IMG/VR virus record: IMGVR_UViG_3300027749_000044
Source: a virus
Reading direction: 5' to 3' (one strand)
DNA: 64,000 nt
The notes under the pieces are model-generated. The model worked only from the letters and a program-made list of their open reading frames with translations, searched no databases and was not told where the DNA came from. Below, in pieces: positions 27,983-37,817 of the stretch. Position 1 is the stretch's first letter. Every line of letters starts with the position of its first letter. A program made the translations under genes and the position numbers.

Positions 27983-28939
27983 TTAGGAAGACCGGCCAAA
28001 CAATTCTTTTTCGGTAATTATTTGCCATCTCCAGCCTCTACTTTCACATAATGATTCCGCGGCTTTCCATTTGGCTTCATTTATTAGCCAAGTTGCAACG
28101 GCATTTACATAAGTTTTTGTTTGTTTTTTTTGTAATTTTGGTGGTGAACATTGGACCGAAGGCTTTACTTCGATTAGTAGAATTTCTTTTTTGCCATCTT
28201 TATTGATTTGTTCAACCCAAAAATCCACGTAATATCTGTGTATTCTGCCATCAATAGGACTTCTATACGGAATTATAACTTCTTCTGAGTTCCATTGCAA
28301 TACATTTGGATTTGCGTCTAAAAATGTCATTAATTTGAATTCATATGAACTTCTATAAATAATATTCGTCGGATCACCTTTGTATTTTTTTGGATTATTT
28401 GGTTTGAATTTACCTTTCATTGCTTTATTGAACCCTGATGTTTGATTTTGTATATTTTTTATACATTGTTCTGCGCCTAATTTATTTAATCTATCGATAG
28501 TTTTGTCATCACACGTATGATATCTACTGTATTTTATAGCTAATTCTTCTTTAGTTAATTTGCTATTATTCGAGGTGGATGTTTTAGAAATTTTGTTTCG
28601 AATTGTTATATTTTCTTCTGTCGTTCTATTTTTCCAAATATTTTTTTGGTTAATTGAAACACATTCTTTAAATTTTTGAAATTTTTCTGCTTCAAATGAA
28701 AGATTTTTTCTGTGTAATTTTCCGCCGCAAATATGCGAACATGTTTTTGCATACCCCTCGACAATACTTAAAAATTTTGTTTCTTGATTACAAACAAAAC
28801 AGTTACCTTCTACTTCTTTTTTGTAAAATAAATCATAATACTCTTTTGATGTTTTTTTATGTGCTTGGCTGACATGTCTTATTTCCGAAAGCTTAGATTT
28901 GAAATTTCTATTACAAATTTGGCAAATATTTGGATTCAT
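27983..28939 (-). CDS. 4: head completion nuclease gp4 with N-terminal Zn-finger extension
   Basis: KGKFKPNNPKKYKGD..IIYRSSYE, HRYYVDF, LIEVKP, NEAKW in the C-terminal half. Confidence 0.88.
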   Translation of the reverse strand: MNPNICQICNRNFKSKLSEIRHVSQAHKKTSKEYYDLFYKKEVEGNCFVCNQETKFLSIVEGYAKTCSHICGGKLHRKNLSFEAEKFQKFKECVSINQKNIWKNRTTEENITIRNKISKTSTSNNSKLTKEELAIKYSRYHTCDDKTIDRLNKLGAEQCIKNIQNQTSGFNKAMKGKFKPNNPKKYKGDPTNIIYRSSYEFKLMTFLDANPNVLQWNSEEVIIPYRSPIDGRIHRYYVDFWVEQINKDGKKEILLIEVKPSVQCSPPKLQKKQTKTYVNAVATWLINEAKWKAAESLCESRGWRWQIITEKELFGRSS

Positions 28940-28990
28940 AAAATTATACACTAAATAAGAGGAAACTCGGTTCAATATTTAGGTAGAAAC

Positions 28991-29896
28991 ATGGCCACCA
29001 GAACAGATCCTGCCACAGTAATGAATAATAGTTCATTAAAAACTAAAGCAGGACTTGTATTTCCTTCCGATTTACAATCAACGTATCAAGACTTTATGGC
29101 TATTAGTGCATTTAAGTATAGCCGAGATGCTGCTGGAGATAAACCGGCTTTGACTCCGGGCGGAGGAAATGGAATAGGTACAGTATTCCTTCCTATGCCA
29201 ACTGGCGGTCTTTCTGATTCTTATAAGATAAACTATAAAACCGATGCATTAGGTGTAATTGGTGGCTTTGCCAAAGATATTTCAGGTAACGATCCTTCTC
29301 AATGGATCAAACAAGTTGGCGCAGCCGGCAATAGAGCAATGAACGGACCTGGAGCCGGGGACCTCGCTTTAATTGGGGCCCAAGAAACCGCCGCGACGGC
29401 ATTAAATGCAGGCGGAAATTATATTTCCAAAGCTTTTGCCGGCAAAGGCGGTCCAAACCTTGGTGGGTTAGCAGATCAAATAACTTCGGTTGGAAGTCAA
29501 GCTCTCGGCAAAAGTCAAAATCCAAATCTATCATTGACGTTCAATGGTATGGATCTAAAGTCACATCAATTTATATGGAAATTGGTTGCCAAAAACAGAC
29601 AAGAAAGTCAAAATATAACTCAAATAATGAATTTTTTCAAGTCACATGCTCTTCCTGCAAAGTCATCCGATTTCGCATTTAATTATCCGGATATTTTCAA
29701 AATATCATTCCACGGGCAACAAAATCCTTCATTGATTTTATTTTCAACACAAGGAATGTTCTTGACATCAGTTGATTTCAAATATGATAACGAAGGACAT
29801 CCAGCTTTTTTTGCTGGTACTGGTGATCCTGTTTCTGTAATCATGAGTTTAAGTTTCCAAGAAAGAATTGTTCTCACCCGAGAGGACATCAAATAA
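28991..29896 (+). CDS. 48: baseplate tail tube cap gp48
   Basis: VFLPMP, NPNLSLTF, YPDIF, LSFQE. Confidence 0.8.
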   Translation: MATRTDPATVMNNSSLKTKAGLVFPSDLQSTYQDFMAISAFKYSRDAAGDKPALTPGGGNGIGTVFLPMPTGGLSDSYKINYKTDALGVIGGFAKDISGNDPSQWIKQVGAAGNRAMNGPGAGDLALIGAQETAATALNAGGNYISKAFAGKGGPNLGGLADQITSVGSQALGKSQNPNLSLTFNGMDLKSHQFIWKLVAKNRQESQNITQIMNFFKSHALPAKSSDFAFNYPDIFKISFHGQQNPSLILFSTQGMFLTSVDFKYDNEGHPAFFAGTGDPVSVIMSLSFQERIVLTREDIK

Positions 29897-30522
29897 TGAA
29901 ATATTTCGAAAACTTTCCTGTAATTGATTATAATAATGTCAACGTACAAAATTTGTTGATGAGAATTCGTTTACTCGAAGGATCAAAAGAACAATCTACG
30001 ATTTATTATCCTTATGTTATCAAAGACGGAGAGAGAGCCGAAAATCTAGCTTTTGATTATTATGACAGTACAGATTATGTGTGGATTATCTATCTTGTTA
30101 ATAATATTATCGATCCTTATTATGATTGGCCTTTGTCTGGAGTACAATTTGATAGATATATTGCAAAGAAATATGAAAGTTCAACTGGGGCGAACGATGG
30201 AATTAACGTGGCCAAAAAAACAATTATCGGATACAAACAAATTCCCGTCACATATTATGTTAATCAAATAACAAACGTAGTATTGACGTCGAATTCTTAT
30301 CTTAGTTCTGGAGTATCGGATCCATATAATTGGTTGCCTGTTGTACAAGATAACAATATTATGATATCAACAAATAGTACATATGATACAACACAATATA
30401 ATTCGGTCGATCTATACACTACAGAATTCGACAAAAACGAAAAGAAAAAGTTCATACGTCTATTGGATAAAACTTATACTTCAGATATTAGCAAGCAACT
30501 TAAAGCATTATTGGTGCAATAA
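29896..30522 (+). CDS. 53: baseplate wedge protein gp53
   Basis: MKYFENFP, DGERAE.LA..YY, NNIIDPYYDWP. Confidence 0.88.
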   Translation: MKYFENFPVIDYNNVNVQNLLMRIRLLEGSKEQSTIYYPYVIKDGERAENLAFDYYDSTDYVWIIYLVNNIIDPYYDWPLSGVQFDRYIAKKYESSTGANDGINVAKKTIIGYKQIPVTYYVNQITNVVLTSNSYLSSGVSDPYNWLPVVQDNNIMISTNSTYDTTQYNSVDLYTTEFDKNEKKKFIRLLDKTYTSDISKQLKALLVQ

Positions 30523-31986
30523 ATGGCAGTCCAAAATAATGAAGCCTACAAAGAATTAGGCTCCCTGAAAAATTTCTCTGTTTTTCTATTGAATACAGAT
30601 AGAACAAAAACCATAGATATCACATTGCAAATGTTGGCAATGACGATCTATGAAGACATTTTTTCGCCTACTTTGTATGGAACGATTACTATTACTGATT
30701 CTATTGGACTCATGAACGGAGTCAAAGGATCGGGCAACGTATATTTTCCAATTGTCGGAGAAGAATTTCTTGCGGTCAATTATGAAGTCGCAGGCAAGCC
30801 AGACGTTACCCTTGGATTCCAAATATATAAAATCGAAGGAATTGAAAATGAGCCAAATTTTAAGAACAGAAAATACCAATTACATTTTGCGAGTGTAGAA
30901 CATTTCAAAGATGCCACAACACTTATTCAAAAATCTTATAAGTCTGCTATCAATGACATTGCGTCTGACATTTTCACCTCATATTTGAAAACAAATAAAA
31001 CACTTGACATACAACCTACGCGAGGCCAACAAAATATTATTATACCTAGACTTACGCCATTTGAAACATTGGAAATGTTAGCCCGTAGATCAGTCGACCA
31101 GGCCGACAACAAAATAGCAGCATTTCTTTGTTTTGAAACAACAGATGGCGTTTTTCATTTCAAAAATTTAGAACAGATTATATTGGATGGGCACAAGAAA
31201 CAAACGTCAAATTCTTCATTGTATACGTATTATATTAAAAATCCTAATATCACAGACAATCAGACTGATGCATTCAAGACAGTAATATCATTCAAAATTA
31301 AAAATAAATTCGATACTATAGAAAAATTGAAAAAGGGATATTTCGAAAATTCAACTATAGTATATGATTTTATCAACCATACATTCACTGAAACCAGATT
31401 TCGGTTCAAAGACGAAAACAAAAACACAGTATCTTTGGCAAATTATCCAGAAAATTCTGTTGCGTTCATAGATAAAGTAACTAGTCCAACAACAAACACC
31501 AGTGGCACTAATACTTCTTCCGCGGCAAATACTGATGTATATGTTAAAAAATTTATGGTTGCCAAAGACTCTACATTACCGGATACTTGGTTCGAAAATG
31601 TATATGGGTCAAAGGCGAGCTATATTACCAGGTTGGCCCAAAATATGACGACAATGGAAGTATACGGTGATCCTGAAATTCGCGCCGGTGATGTAATTAA
31701 CTTACATTATCCAGAAATCATAGGGTTAACTAATCCTCCTGATAAAGATTTATTTTTATCTGGTAATTTTTTGATCGCAACAATTCAGCATAAATTTACG
31801 AAAAATGCTTATGTTGCCACGATGGATCTATATAAAAGTGGATACGAATCCGAAGTAAAAGAAACAGAACAACGTACAAATACAAATATCAATTCACTCA
31901 CATCTGATATAAACAAACTATCGCAAGTACAATTAGCAAAACAAATTGATCTAGCTTTGACCCCATCAATTAAAGTAATAAAATAA
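30523..31986 (+). CDS. baseplate hub protein (gp27-like)
   Basis: IYEDIF, PIVGEE, FET, SGNFLI; between gp53 and gp5. Confidence 0.65.
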   Translation: MAVQNNEAYKELGSLKNFSVFLLNTDRTKTIDITLQMLAMTIYEDIFSPTLYGTITITDSIGLMNGVKGSGNVYFPIVGEEFLAVNYEVAGKPDVTLGFQIYKIEGIENEPNFKNRKYQLHFASVEHFKDATTLIQKSYKSAINDIASDIFTSYLKTNKTLDIQPTRGQQNIIIPRLTPFETLEMLARRSVDQADNKIAAFLCFETTDGVFHFKNLEQIILDGHKKQTSNSSLYTYYIKNPNITDNQTDAFKTVISFKIKNKFDTIEKLKKGYFENSTIVYDFINHTFTETRFRFKDENKNTVSLANYPENSVAFIDKVTSPTTNTSGTNTSSAANTDVYVKKFMVAKDSTLPDTWFENVYGSKASYITRLAQNMTTMEVYGDPEIRAGDVINLHYPEIIGLTNPPDKDLFLSGNFLIATIQHKFTKNAYVATMDLYKSGYESEVKETEQRTNTNINSLTSDINKLSQVQLAKQIDLALTPSIKVIK

Positions 31987-33026
31987 TGGAAAATACAAAT
32001 GACAACCATTTTATGGGAAGAAATGGATTCTATTGGTTCTTTGGGATCGTTGAAGACCGAGACGATCCTCTTTGCCTTGGGCGGATCAAAGTCAGAGTAT
32101 TTGGAACACATCCAACTGATAAAACCCTTGTTCCCACAGAAGACCTTCCGTGGGCCATGTGTTTACAACCAATCTATTCAGCCGCCGCTTTTGGAATTGG
32201 ACACTCTCCAGTCGGACCTGTGCCTGGAACTCATGTCATGGGTTTCTGGCTTGACGGAAGAGATTGTCAAATCCCGTTTATCATTGGAACAATTGCAGGT
32301 GGAACAGGACAACTAAATTATGGTGTACCACAAAATGGACTTATTGATTCACAAATAGTCGCATCAGCATTGGGTCCTTTAGGAATTCCAATCAATTTAC
32401 CAGAAGGAAGTAAATCATTGCCAAATAGAGCCGCAACATTCGCCAAAATCATCCAAGACAGATATGGTATGAAAGATTATCATGCATGTGCTATCGTAGG
32501 TAACATGTGGCTTGAATCCAACGGGTTCAAAGCTATTCGTGAATATGGTACATTACATGGAGTTCCTCAAGATCAACCGCCACCAAGAGGAACCAAGAGA
32601 GTTGGTTATGGTTGGGCCCAATGGACCAACGATAGACTTGATCTTTTTCTAGATTACTGTAAGAATACAGGAAAAACACCACAATCAGATGAAGCTAATC
32701 TTGGTTATCTTATGCAAGAACTTGATGGAGTTTATGGACAACGCCTTATTCCAGGATTAAAAGCTAATGGACCTGTTACAATTAGTAAAGGTGTATGGGC
32801 AGGCACATATGATACTTCTACACTAGAAGGTGCCACCCGATATGTTATGGCCGAATTCGAGCGACCTGCCAAAGGCAAAGACCATGTAGGCGAAAGAATC
32901 CAATATGCAGCACAAACATTGGCTGCATTGAATAAAGTAAATGTTCCACAAAGAGGAGCATCAGTTCCGGATCCAAATGCTCAAATTACGACAAATAATG
33001 ATTCGGGAAATGTAAAAGGTAATTAA
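31986..33026 (+). CDS. 5: gp5 N-terminal OB domain plus phage-tail lysozyme domain
   Basis: WFFGIVEDRDDP..LGRIKVR, LPWA; GNMWLES, GWAQWT, FERP. Confidence 0.85.
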   Translation: MENTNDNHFMGRNGFYWFFGIVEDRDDPLCLGRIKVRVFGTHPTDKTLVPTEDLPWAMCLQPIYSAAAFGIGHSPVGPVPGTHVMGFWLDGRDCQIPFIIGTIAGGTGQLNYGVPQNGLIDSQIVASALGPLGIPINLPEGSKSLPNRAATFAKIIQDRYGMKDYHACAIVGNMWLESNGFKAIREYGTLHGVPQDQPPPRGTKRVGYGWAQWTNDRLDLFLDYCKNTGKTPQSDEANLGYLMQELDGVYGQRLIPGLKANGPVTISKGVWAGTYDTSTLEGATRYVMAEFERPAKGKDHVGERIQYAAQTLAALNKVNVPQRGASVPDPNAQITTNNDSGNVKGN

Positions 33027-35005
33027 TGTCTACAATTGATCCTACCAATCTTATTGGTAATATTACTGGTGCCATTGCTGGAACTATAGCCGACGTTACA
33101 CAATCAGTATTAGGCACAACTTCTACTCTTGTTATAACTATGACTCCGTTGACCGGTAAATTTACGGTAGGAGAAGAAGTTACTTCGGGCACAGCAATTG
33201 GCCAAGTTATTTCTGTTGATTACAATAACAATATTGTAACAATACAAATGCAATTTGGTACCATTGCTGTTCCGTCGGTAATTGTTGGTACATCAGGAGC
33301 AACGGCCGCCGCGGTAGGAATTGGCTCAAGTAATCCATTCGATTTTATTAGTTTATTCCCCGGCGGAACACCTTCGAATTTTGATTTCACGAATTATATT
33401 TCATCCATCAATACAAGCAATTTCACTCTTCCTACTATAGATTCAATATTCAATATTTCAAATACTGTTTCTTCTGGTGGAGAAGTAAGTATTGTTTATA
33501 AAGATGTTGTCGCATCTATTACGAATCCTGCCAATAATTTTGCCAAAACATTCACGTATGGAACAGATCGATATATCCAACAACATGCAATCGAACCTAA
33601 TTTTCCATTCAAAGGTCAATATCCATACGTAAAAACAAATAGAACAGAGTCCGGACATATAATAGAAATCGATGACACTCCAGGTCACGAAAGACTATTA
33701 CAACAGCATAAATCAGGTACGTATGAAGAAATTCATAATACCGGTGACCGAGTGATGAAAATTGTAGGTCGGAACCATCATATTACTTTGCATGATGAAA
33801 ATGTTTACGTTGAAGGCACAGCAACAGTTAGTGTAAAAGGCAACGTTACATTAAGAGTTGGAGGCTCGGTTGTCATCCAAGCCGAAAAAGGAATGAGTTT
33901 TATTTCCGCCGGCGATATTCGAATGAAAGCCAATAATATAGTAATGGAAGCCACCAAAGGGAATGTAGAATTATTAGCTAATGTCGATATCAAAGCTACC
34001 GCCGGCAATAATACACATGTGTCGTCCAAAAATAATCTTCTGACTTCTTCTGCGAACACTTCAATATCAGTAGGATCTCATTTGGATATGATATCGCAAT
34101 CTGCGACCTCATTGCAATCTGCCGTCGATATTAATTTGAAGGCTGCCACTGATTTCAAGGTCGGTGCCGGCGGGACAATGAACCTGGCAGCGGCCGGACA
34201 GTTTAATGGAGACGGAGCTACGGTTCACTTCCAAGAAGGCGCAACAGTCGCCCCAACCGTTCCTGGATCGGTTCCTATAGCTAATGTGAGTTATGGTACG
34301 GGACTAACCTATTCGACTATCGTGGAACATATGTTCCTGGAATCCGACGACGATCCACAACATTTTGCTCAAGCGGCTCAGGCGGCGATCAAGGCAGGAC
34401 TTATCACACAAGCCGATTTAAATGCCACACCTACCGGAACTGGCACCGCAGACACCACATTAGCTCCGTCGAATTCTGGTATCCAATACAAGATAGCCCC
34501 GGTATCCAGCCTGGATTCATTCCCTGTGAATCTCCAATTGTCTCCACATTTCACGTTAGGTCGATTGACCATCGGCACGCCGGCTGGCGCCCATCCATTG
34601 AAAGCTCAATATGGATTAACAGAAGCCCAAATAGCAGGCAATCTTCAATTATTATCTTTAAATATTTTAGAAAAAATTTATACAAAATATCCAGATATGA
34701 GTGTAACAAGTGCATTTAGATCCGATAACACAACAGGTTCTAATCTATCTCAACATTGTAAAGGCCAAGCGGCCGACATTCAATTTGCTTCTGCCCAACA
34801 AAATCCAGAGTTATATTTGACATACGCCCAATGGATCAGAGATAATGTTCCTAATTTTGACCAATTATTACTCGAACATAATAGTTTCGGTAATAAACCT
34901 TATTGGCTACATTTATCATTTAATGTAAACAATCCACGTCGCCAAGTATTGACTCTTTTCAATAATAGGACCTTTGCTCAAGGTCTCCAGTTTATTAAAT
35001 CATAA
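33026..35005 (+). CDS. gp5 C-terminal beta-helix spike plus peptidase M15A domain
   Basis: YPY...TESGHIIEIDDTPG.ER..H.SGT; VxG repeats; LSPHFTL, TSAFR, SQHCKGQAAD, WLH. Confidence 0.85.
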   Translation: MSTIDPTNLIGNITGAIAGTIADVTQSVLGTTSTLVITMTPLTGKFTVGEEVTSGTAIGQVISVDYNNNIVTIQMQFGTIAVPSVIVGTSGATAAAVGIGSSNPFDFISLFPGGTPSNFDFTNYISSINTSNFTLPTIDSIFNISNTVSSGGEVSIVYKDVVASITNPANNFAKTFTYGTDRYIQQHAIEPNFPFKGQYPYVKTNRTESGHIIEIDDTPGHERLLQQHKSGTYEEIHNTGDRVMKIVGRNHHITLHDENVYVEGTATVSVKGNVTLRVGGSVVIQAEKGMSFISAGDIRMKANNIVMEATKGNVELLANVDIKATAGNNTHVSSKNNLLTSSANTSISVGSHLDMISQSATSLQSAVDINLKAATDFKVGAGGTMNLAAAGQFNGDGATVHFQEGATVAPTVPGSVPIANVSYGTGLTYSTIVEHMFLESDDDPQHFAQAAQAAIKAGLITQADLNATPTGTGTADTTLAPSNSGIQYKIAPVSSLDSFPVNLQLSPHFTLGRLTIGTPAGAHPLKAQYGLTEAQIAGNLQLLSLNILEKIYTKYPDMSVTSAFRSDNTTGSNLSQHCKGQAADIQFASAQQNPELYLTYAQWIRDNVPNFDQLLLEHNSFGNKPYWLHLSFNVNNPRRQVLTLFNNRTFAQGLQFIKS

Positions 35006-35280
35006 TGCCCGGAGTAGCCCGAGAAAGTATCGATTACGTAAACGGAAGCGCCGGTATCATTCAAGTTACCGGCGCTCCAACATTTTTTATTGAGGGTAAA
35101 AGTATTGCCCATATAGGATCAAATGTGACTCCACATGGAAGTCATACAGGCACAATAACAATGGTAACAGGATCTTCTACATTCTCAGTATCTGGGAATA
35201 AAGTCTGTCGTATTGGCGACCGAGCATCTTGTTCTGACACAATTTCGGTTGGAAGTAGTAGTTTTTTTATTGGCTCGTAA
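35005..35280 (+). CDS. PAAR spike tip protein (gp5.4-like)
   Basis: IAHIG, TGSSTF, VCRIGD, GSSSFF. Confidence 0.8.
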   Translation: MPGVARESIDYVNGSAGIIQVTGAPTFFIEGKSIAHIGSNVTPHGSHTGTITMVTGSSTFSVSGNKVCRIGDRASCSDTISVGSSSFFIGS

Positions 35281-35512
35281 TTGTCGCTATTGACTTTTCT
35301 CGGTCAATTGTCATGGTACCATAACAAGCAATATTCCAATCATCATGTCCATTAGGCAAAGTAGACACTTCTGTCCAACTAGGAACTAGAATTTGGACGT
35401 TTTTTAACAAATATTCTTTGTCATCTTCGAATACCCGCCAAACGTGATCCATAGTTCCTCTACCAGGAAGGCCGCGAGTTTTATTAAATCTAATAAGATA
35501 TTTGTGTACCAT
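35267..35512 (-). CDS. hypothetical protein
   Basis: coupled to the oxygenase gene. Confidence 0.6.
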   Translation of the reverse strand: MVHKYLIRFNKTRGLPGRGTMDHVWRVFEDDKEYLLKNVQILVPSWTEVSTLPNGHDDWNIACYGTMTIDREKSIATITSQ

Positions 35513-36168
35513 TAAATGATTTCCGCGGCAGGTTCATTCATTTGTTGTGCCGGCATAAGACTCAAGTTAAAATGAACGAATCGAAACGGGTCATCTGATC
35601 CATTTCTAGAAAATGAATGTGGCAACCAAGAATTTGTGAAAATAAACAATCCAGGTTGCGGTACGAATCCAATAGTATGACTCGCATATGTTGCCTGACT
35701 CATATTTTTTTCTGGAAGATTCGCGAATTTCTTAGCTGGCCTTGGATCATGTATCATTGCCCGAGAACAATTTTCTGGGCAATCAAGAAAATAAAATCCA
35801 GAAATTTGATTTCCGAATCCATGAATATGTTCTTCTTGCCCGGAAGACTTATAATGTTCTTGACACCAAAGTTCATGTAGCCTCATATTAAAATGAGACA
35901 TATTAAATCCTTGAGATGCCAAGATTCCGTAAGAAGTCTTTTTAATATAATCAGCAAATTCTTTTGCCCGAGGATCATCTTGGAAACCCAAAGACATATC
36001 AACTGGGTATAATGCGGTACAATTACTTGGTCGATTTAGTTTCTTTAAATATTCTTCGCACAATTCTGAGACAACGGGAATAAATTCCGGTTTCATGCTT
36101 TGATATACAGCAGAGGGAAAATAAAATAATGTTTTTAAATCATCATTCCCTGTAATAATTTCAGTCAT
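35512..36168 (-). CDS. putative 2OG-Fe(II) oxygenase (TIGR02466-like)
   Basis: HIH, ISGFYFL, DPRP, SWLPH, FVHFN. Confidence 0.8.
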   Translation of the reverse strand: MTEIITGNDDLKTLFYFPSAVYQSMKPEFIPVVSELCEEYLKKLNRPSNCTALYPVDMSLGFQDDPRAKEFADYIKKTSYGILASQGFNMSHFNMRLHELWCQEHYKSSGQEEHIHGFGNQISGFYFLDCPENCSRAMIHDPRPAKKFANLPEKNMSQATYASHTIGFVPQPGLFIFTNSWLPHSFSRNGSDDPFRFVHFNLSLMPAQQMNEPAAEII

Positions 36169-36204
36169 ATAATGTCTCCATAAAGTGGTGCATTATATAG
36201 TCTG

Positions 36205-36459
36205 TTAAAACCATGCACTACGTTCAATATACTCGGGTGCACCTGCGTCAACCAACCGATAGGTATAGAAGTCCGGCTTGCGGGCATTAGACCGTTCAAG
36301 TTCCTGCTCCGCGGACTCAAGATCATCGAAAGACCAGATCAGGGACCAAAGGTCATCCGGATCAATACCGCGAAGGCGATACTGGGCCTTGTGTTCAGGC
36401 GGAAGGTCCTCATGACGGAGGATACGATAGCGGCCGACTCTTTCTTGATAGGTTTCCAT
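36205..36459 (-). CDS. early hypothetical protein
   Basis: GAGG SD, directly behind promoter copy 36477-36517. Confidence 0.6.
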   Translation of the reverse strand: METYQERVGRYRILRHEDLPPEHKAQYRLRGIDPDDLWSLIWSFDDLESAEQELERSNARKPDFYTYRLVDAGAPEYIERSAWF

Positions 36460-36524
36460 GAATTCCTCGTTGTTCTCTACATTTACCAATCTAAAGGAGG
36501 CGATGGAGAAGGCAACCATAAAAA

Positions 36525-37073
36525 TTAGTCCCGTTCGAAATGAAATACCTTCGAATGATCCACGATATCCGAATGGTTCCTCTTTTTGGAAACAGCAGTG
36601 ACCTTGTGTCTCCAGCCTTTATCGGCCATTGATTTAATAAAATGTTTATTGGTCATAAGACGTTCGTACATGGAACCAAGTCTAGGATCGGCGCCATGAA
36701 ATTTAAGCTTTTTAATATTATGCTTATCTGCGATATGATGTATGATATGCATAGTTTTACCAAATGCACCAATGGGACTTCCATGGGGCTGGCGAACATC
36801 ACTGTAATGCATGATATGTAATGAATGATCTTTTGAAGTACCCATACCGACTTCATGCTCACCATTAGCATCCGGTGTCTGGATTATCACTGCATGGTGG
36901 TTGCCTTTATGGGTAAAGAAAGTATAATGGTTGCCGAATTCAGATTTGATTTCGCCGTTATTTTTTTCTTTATTGGTACCGAATTCAGTCGGGGTATCGA
37001 CAATTGATTCCGACAAACACCATTGTTCGAATGACAACATCCTATTGTTTTCGTCGAAATAAAAGGTACTCAT
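36525..37073 (-). CDS. His-rich protein, candidate internal head protein
   Basis: MLSFEQWCLSE motif near N-terminus. Confidence 0.5.
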   Translation of the reverse strand: MSTFYFDENNRMLSFEQWCLSESIVDTPTEFGTNKEKNNGEIKSEFGNHYTFFTHKGNHHAVIIQTPDANGEHEVGMGTSKDHSLHIMHYSDVRQPHGSPIGAFGKTMHIIHHIADKHNIKKLKFHGADPRLGSMYERLMTNKHFIKSMADKGWRHKVTAVSKKRNHSDIVDHSKVFHFERD

Positions 37074-37247
37074 TTACCATTTCTTTGAAGTTGTGCCGGC
37101 GCCAGTAGTTGTTCTCACTGTAGTCCGGGTCTTGCCGGTCTTTGTATTACGGGTAACTGTAGTAGTTGTGCCGCCTGATCTAGCCCGCTCAGTAATAGTT
37201 GTGGCTTTTCCGCCGGTACGAACAGTATTCTTGGTGATTTTTGACAT
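37074..37247 (-). CDS. 57-aa Thr/Lys/Arg/Gly-rich basic protein (not in ORF track)
   Basis: GGAG SD, late promoter; MSKITKNTVRTGGKATT...KKW. Confidence 0.65.
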   Translation of the reverse strand: MSKITKNTVRTGGKATTITERARSGGTTTTVTRNTKTGKTRTTVRTTTGAGTTSKKW

Positions 37248-37277
37248 AATATACTCCGTTTTTGGAGTATATATTTA

Positions 37278-37354
37278 TGGCGACCACAGAGGGACTTGAA
37301 CCCCCAACCTACAGCTTAGAAGGCTGTTGCTCTATCCAATTGAGCTATGTGGTC
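37278..37354 (-). tRNA. tRNA-Arg(TCT)
   Basis: cloverleaf, CT-TCT-AA, CCA. Confidence 0.95.
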
Positions 37355-37436
37355 TTTACAATTTTTCCGGTGTCTCTCTCTCTCACAAATTCATCTTATA
37401 ATTCATATTAGACCATCTGGCCTAAAAGGCAACCAC

Positions 37437-37817
37437 TTATTCCAAAAATCCTTGCCCGGTGGCGAATTTTCTCATAATTATGCCGGCGAGCGCATTGGCT
37501 TCGTTTTCATGGTCAGAACCGGTGACGCCAGATTCCGAGTGCAATTCATTGTTAAGATTTTGGCGATGGTGAACGAATTCGTGGGCCAAAGTCCTGAATG
37601 TATCCATAATATGCCGGCCTTTGGTCGAAATAGTAATGGTTTCATCCATAGGAGAATATTGACCGAATGTTGGAATCCGTCCAGGTAAATGCGAATCTGT
37701 TTTAATTATGATTTTAGGTACTGATTCCAAACCAAGTTCTTTTGCCGCAAATTTTGCGAATAAATCGATTTGCTCTTTTACTTTTTCTTCATTGAGATAA
37801 GAAAGATAAGATTTCAT
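37437..37817 (-). CDS. zincin-like metallopeptidase
   Basis: RTLAHEFVH and ENEA. Confidence 0.7.
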   Translation of the reverse strand: MKSYLSYLNEEKVKEQIDLFAKFAAKELGLESVPKIIIKTDSHLPGRIPTFGQYSPMDETITISTKGRHIMDTFRTLAHEFVHHRQNLNNELHSESGVTGSDHENEANALAGIIMRKFATGQGFLE

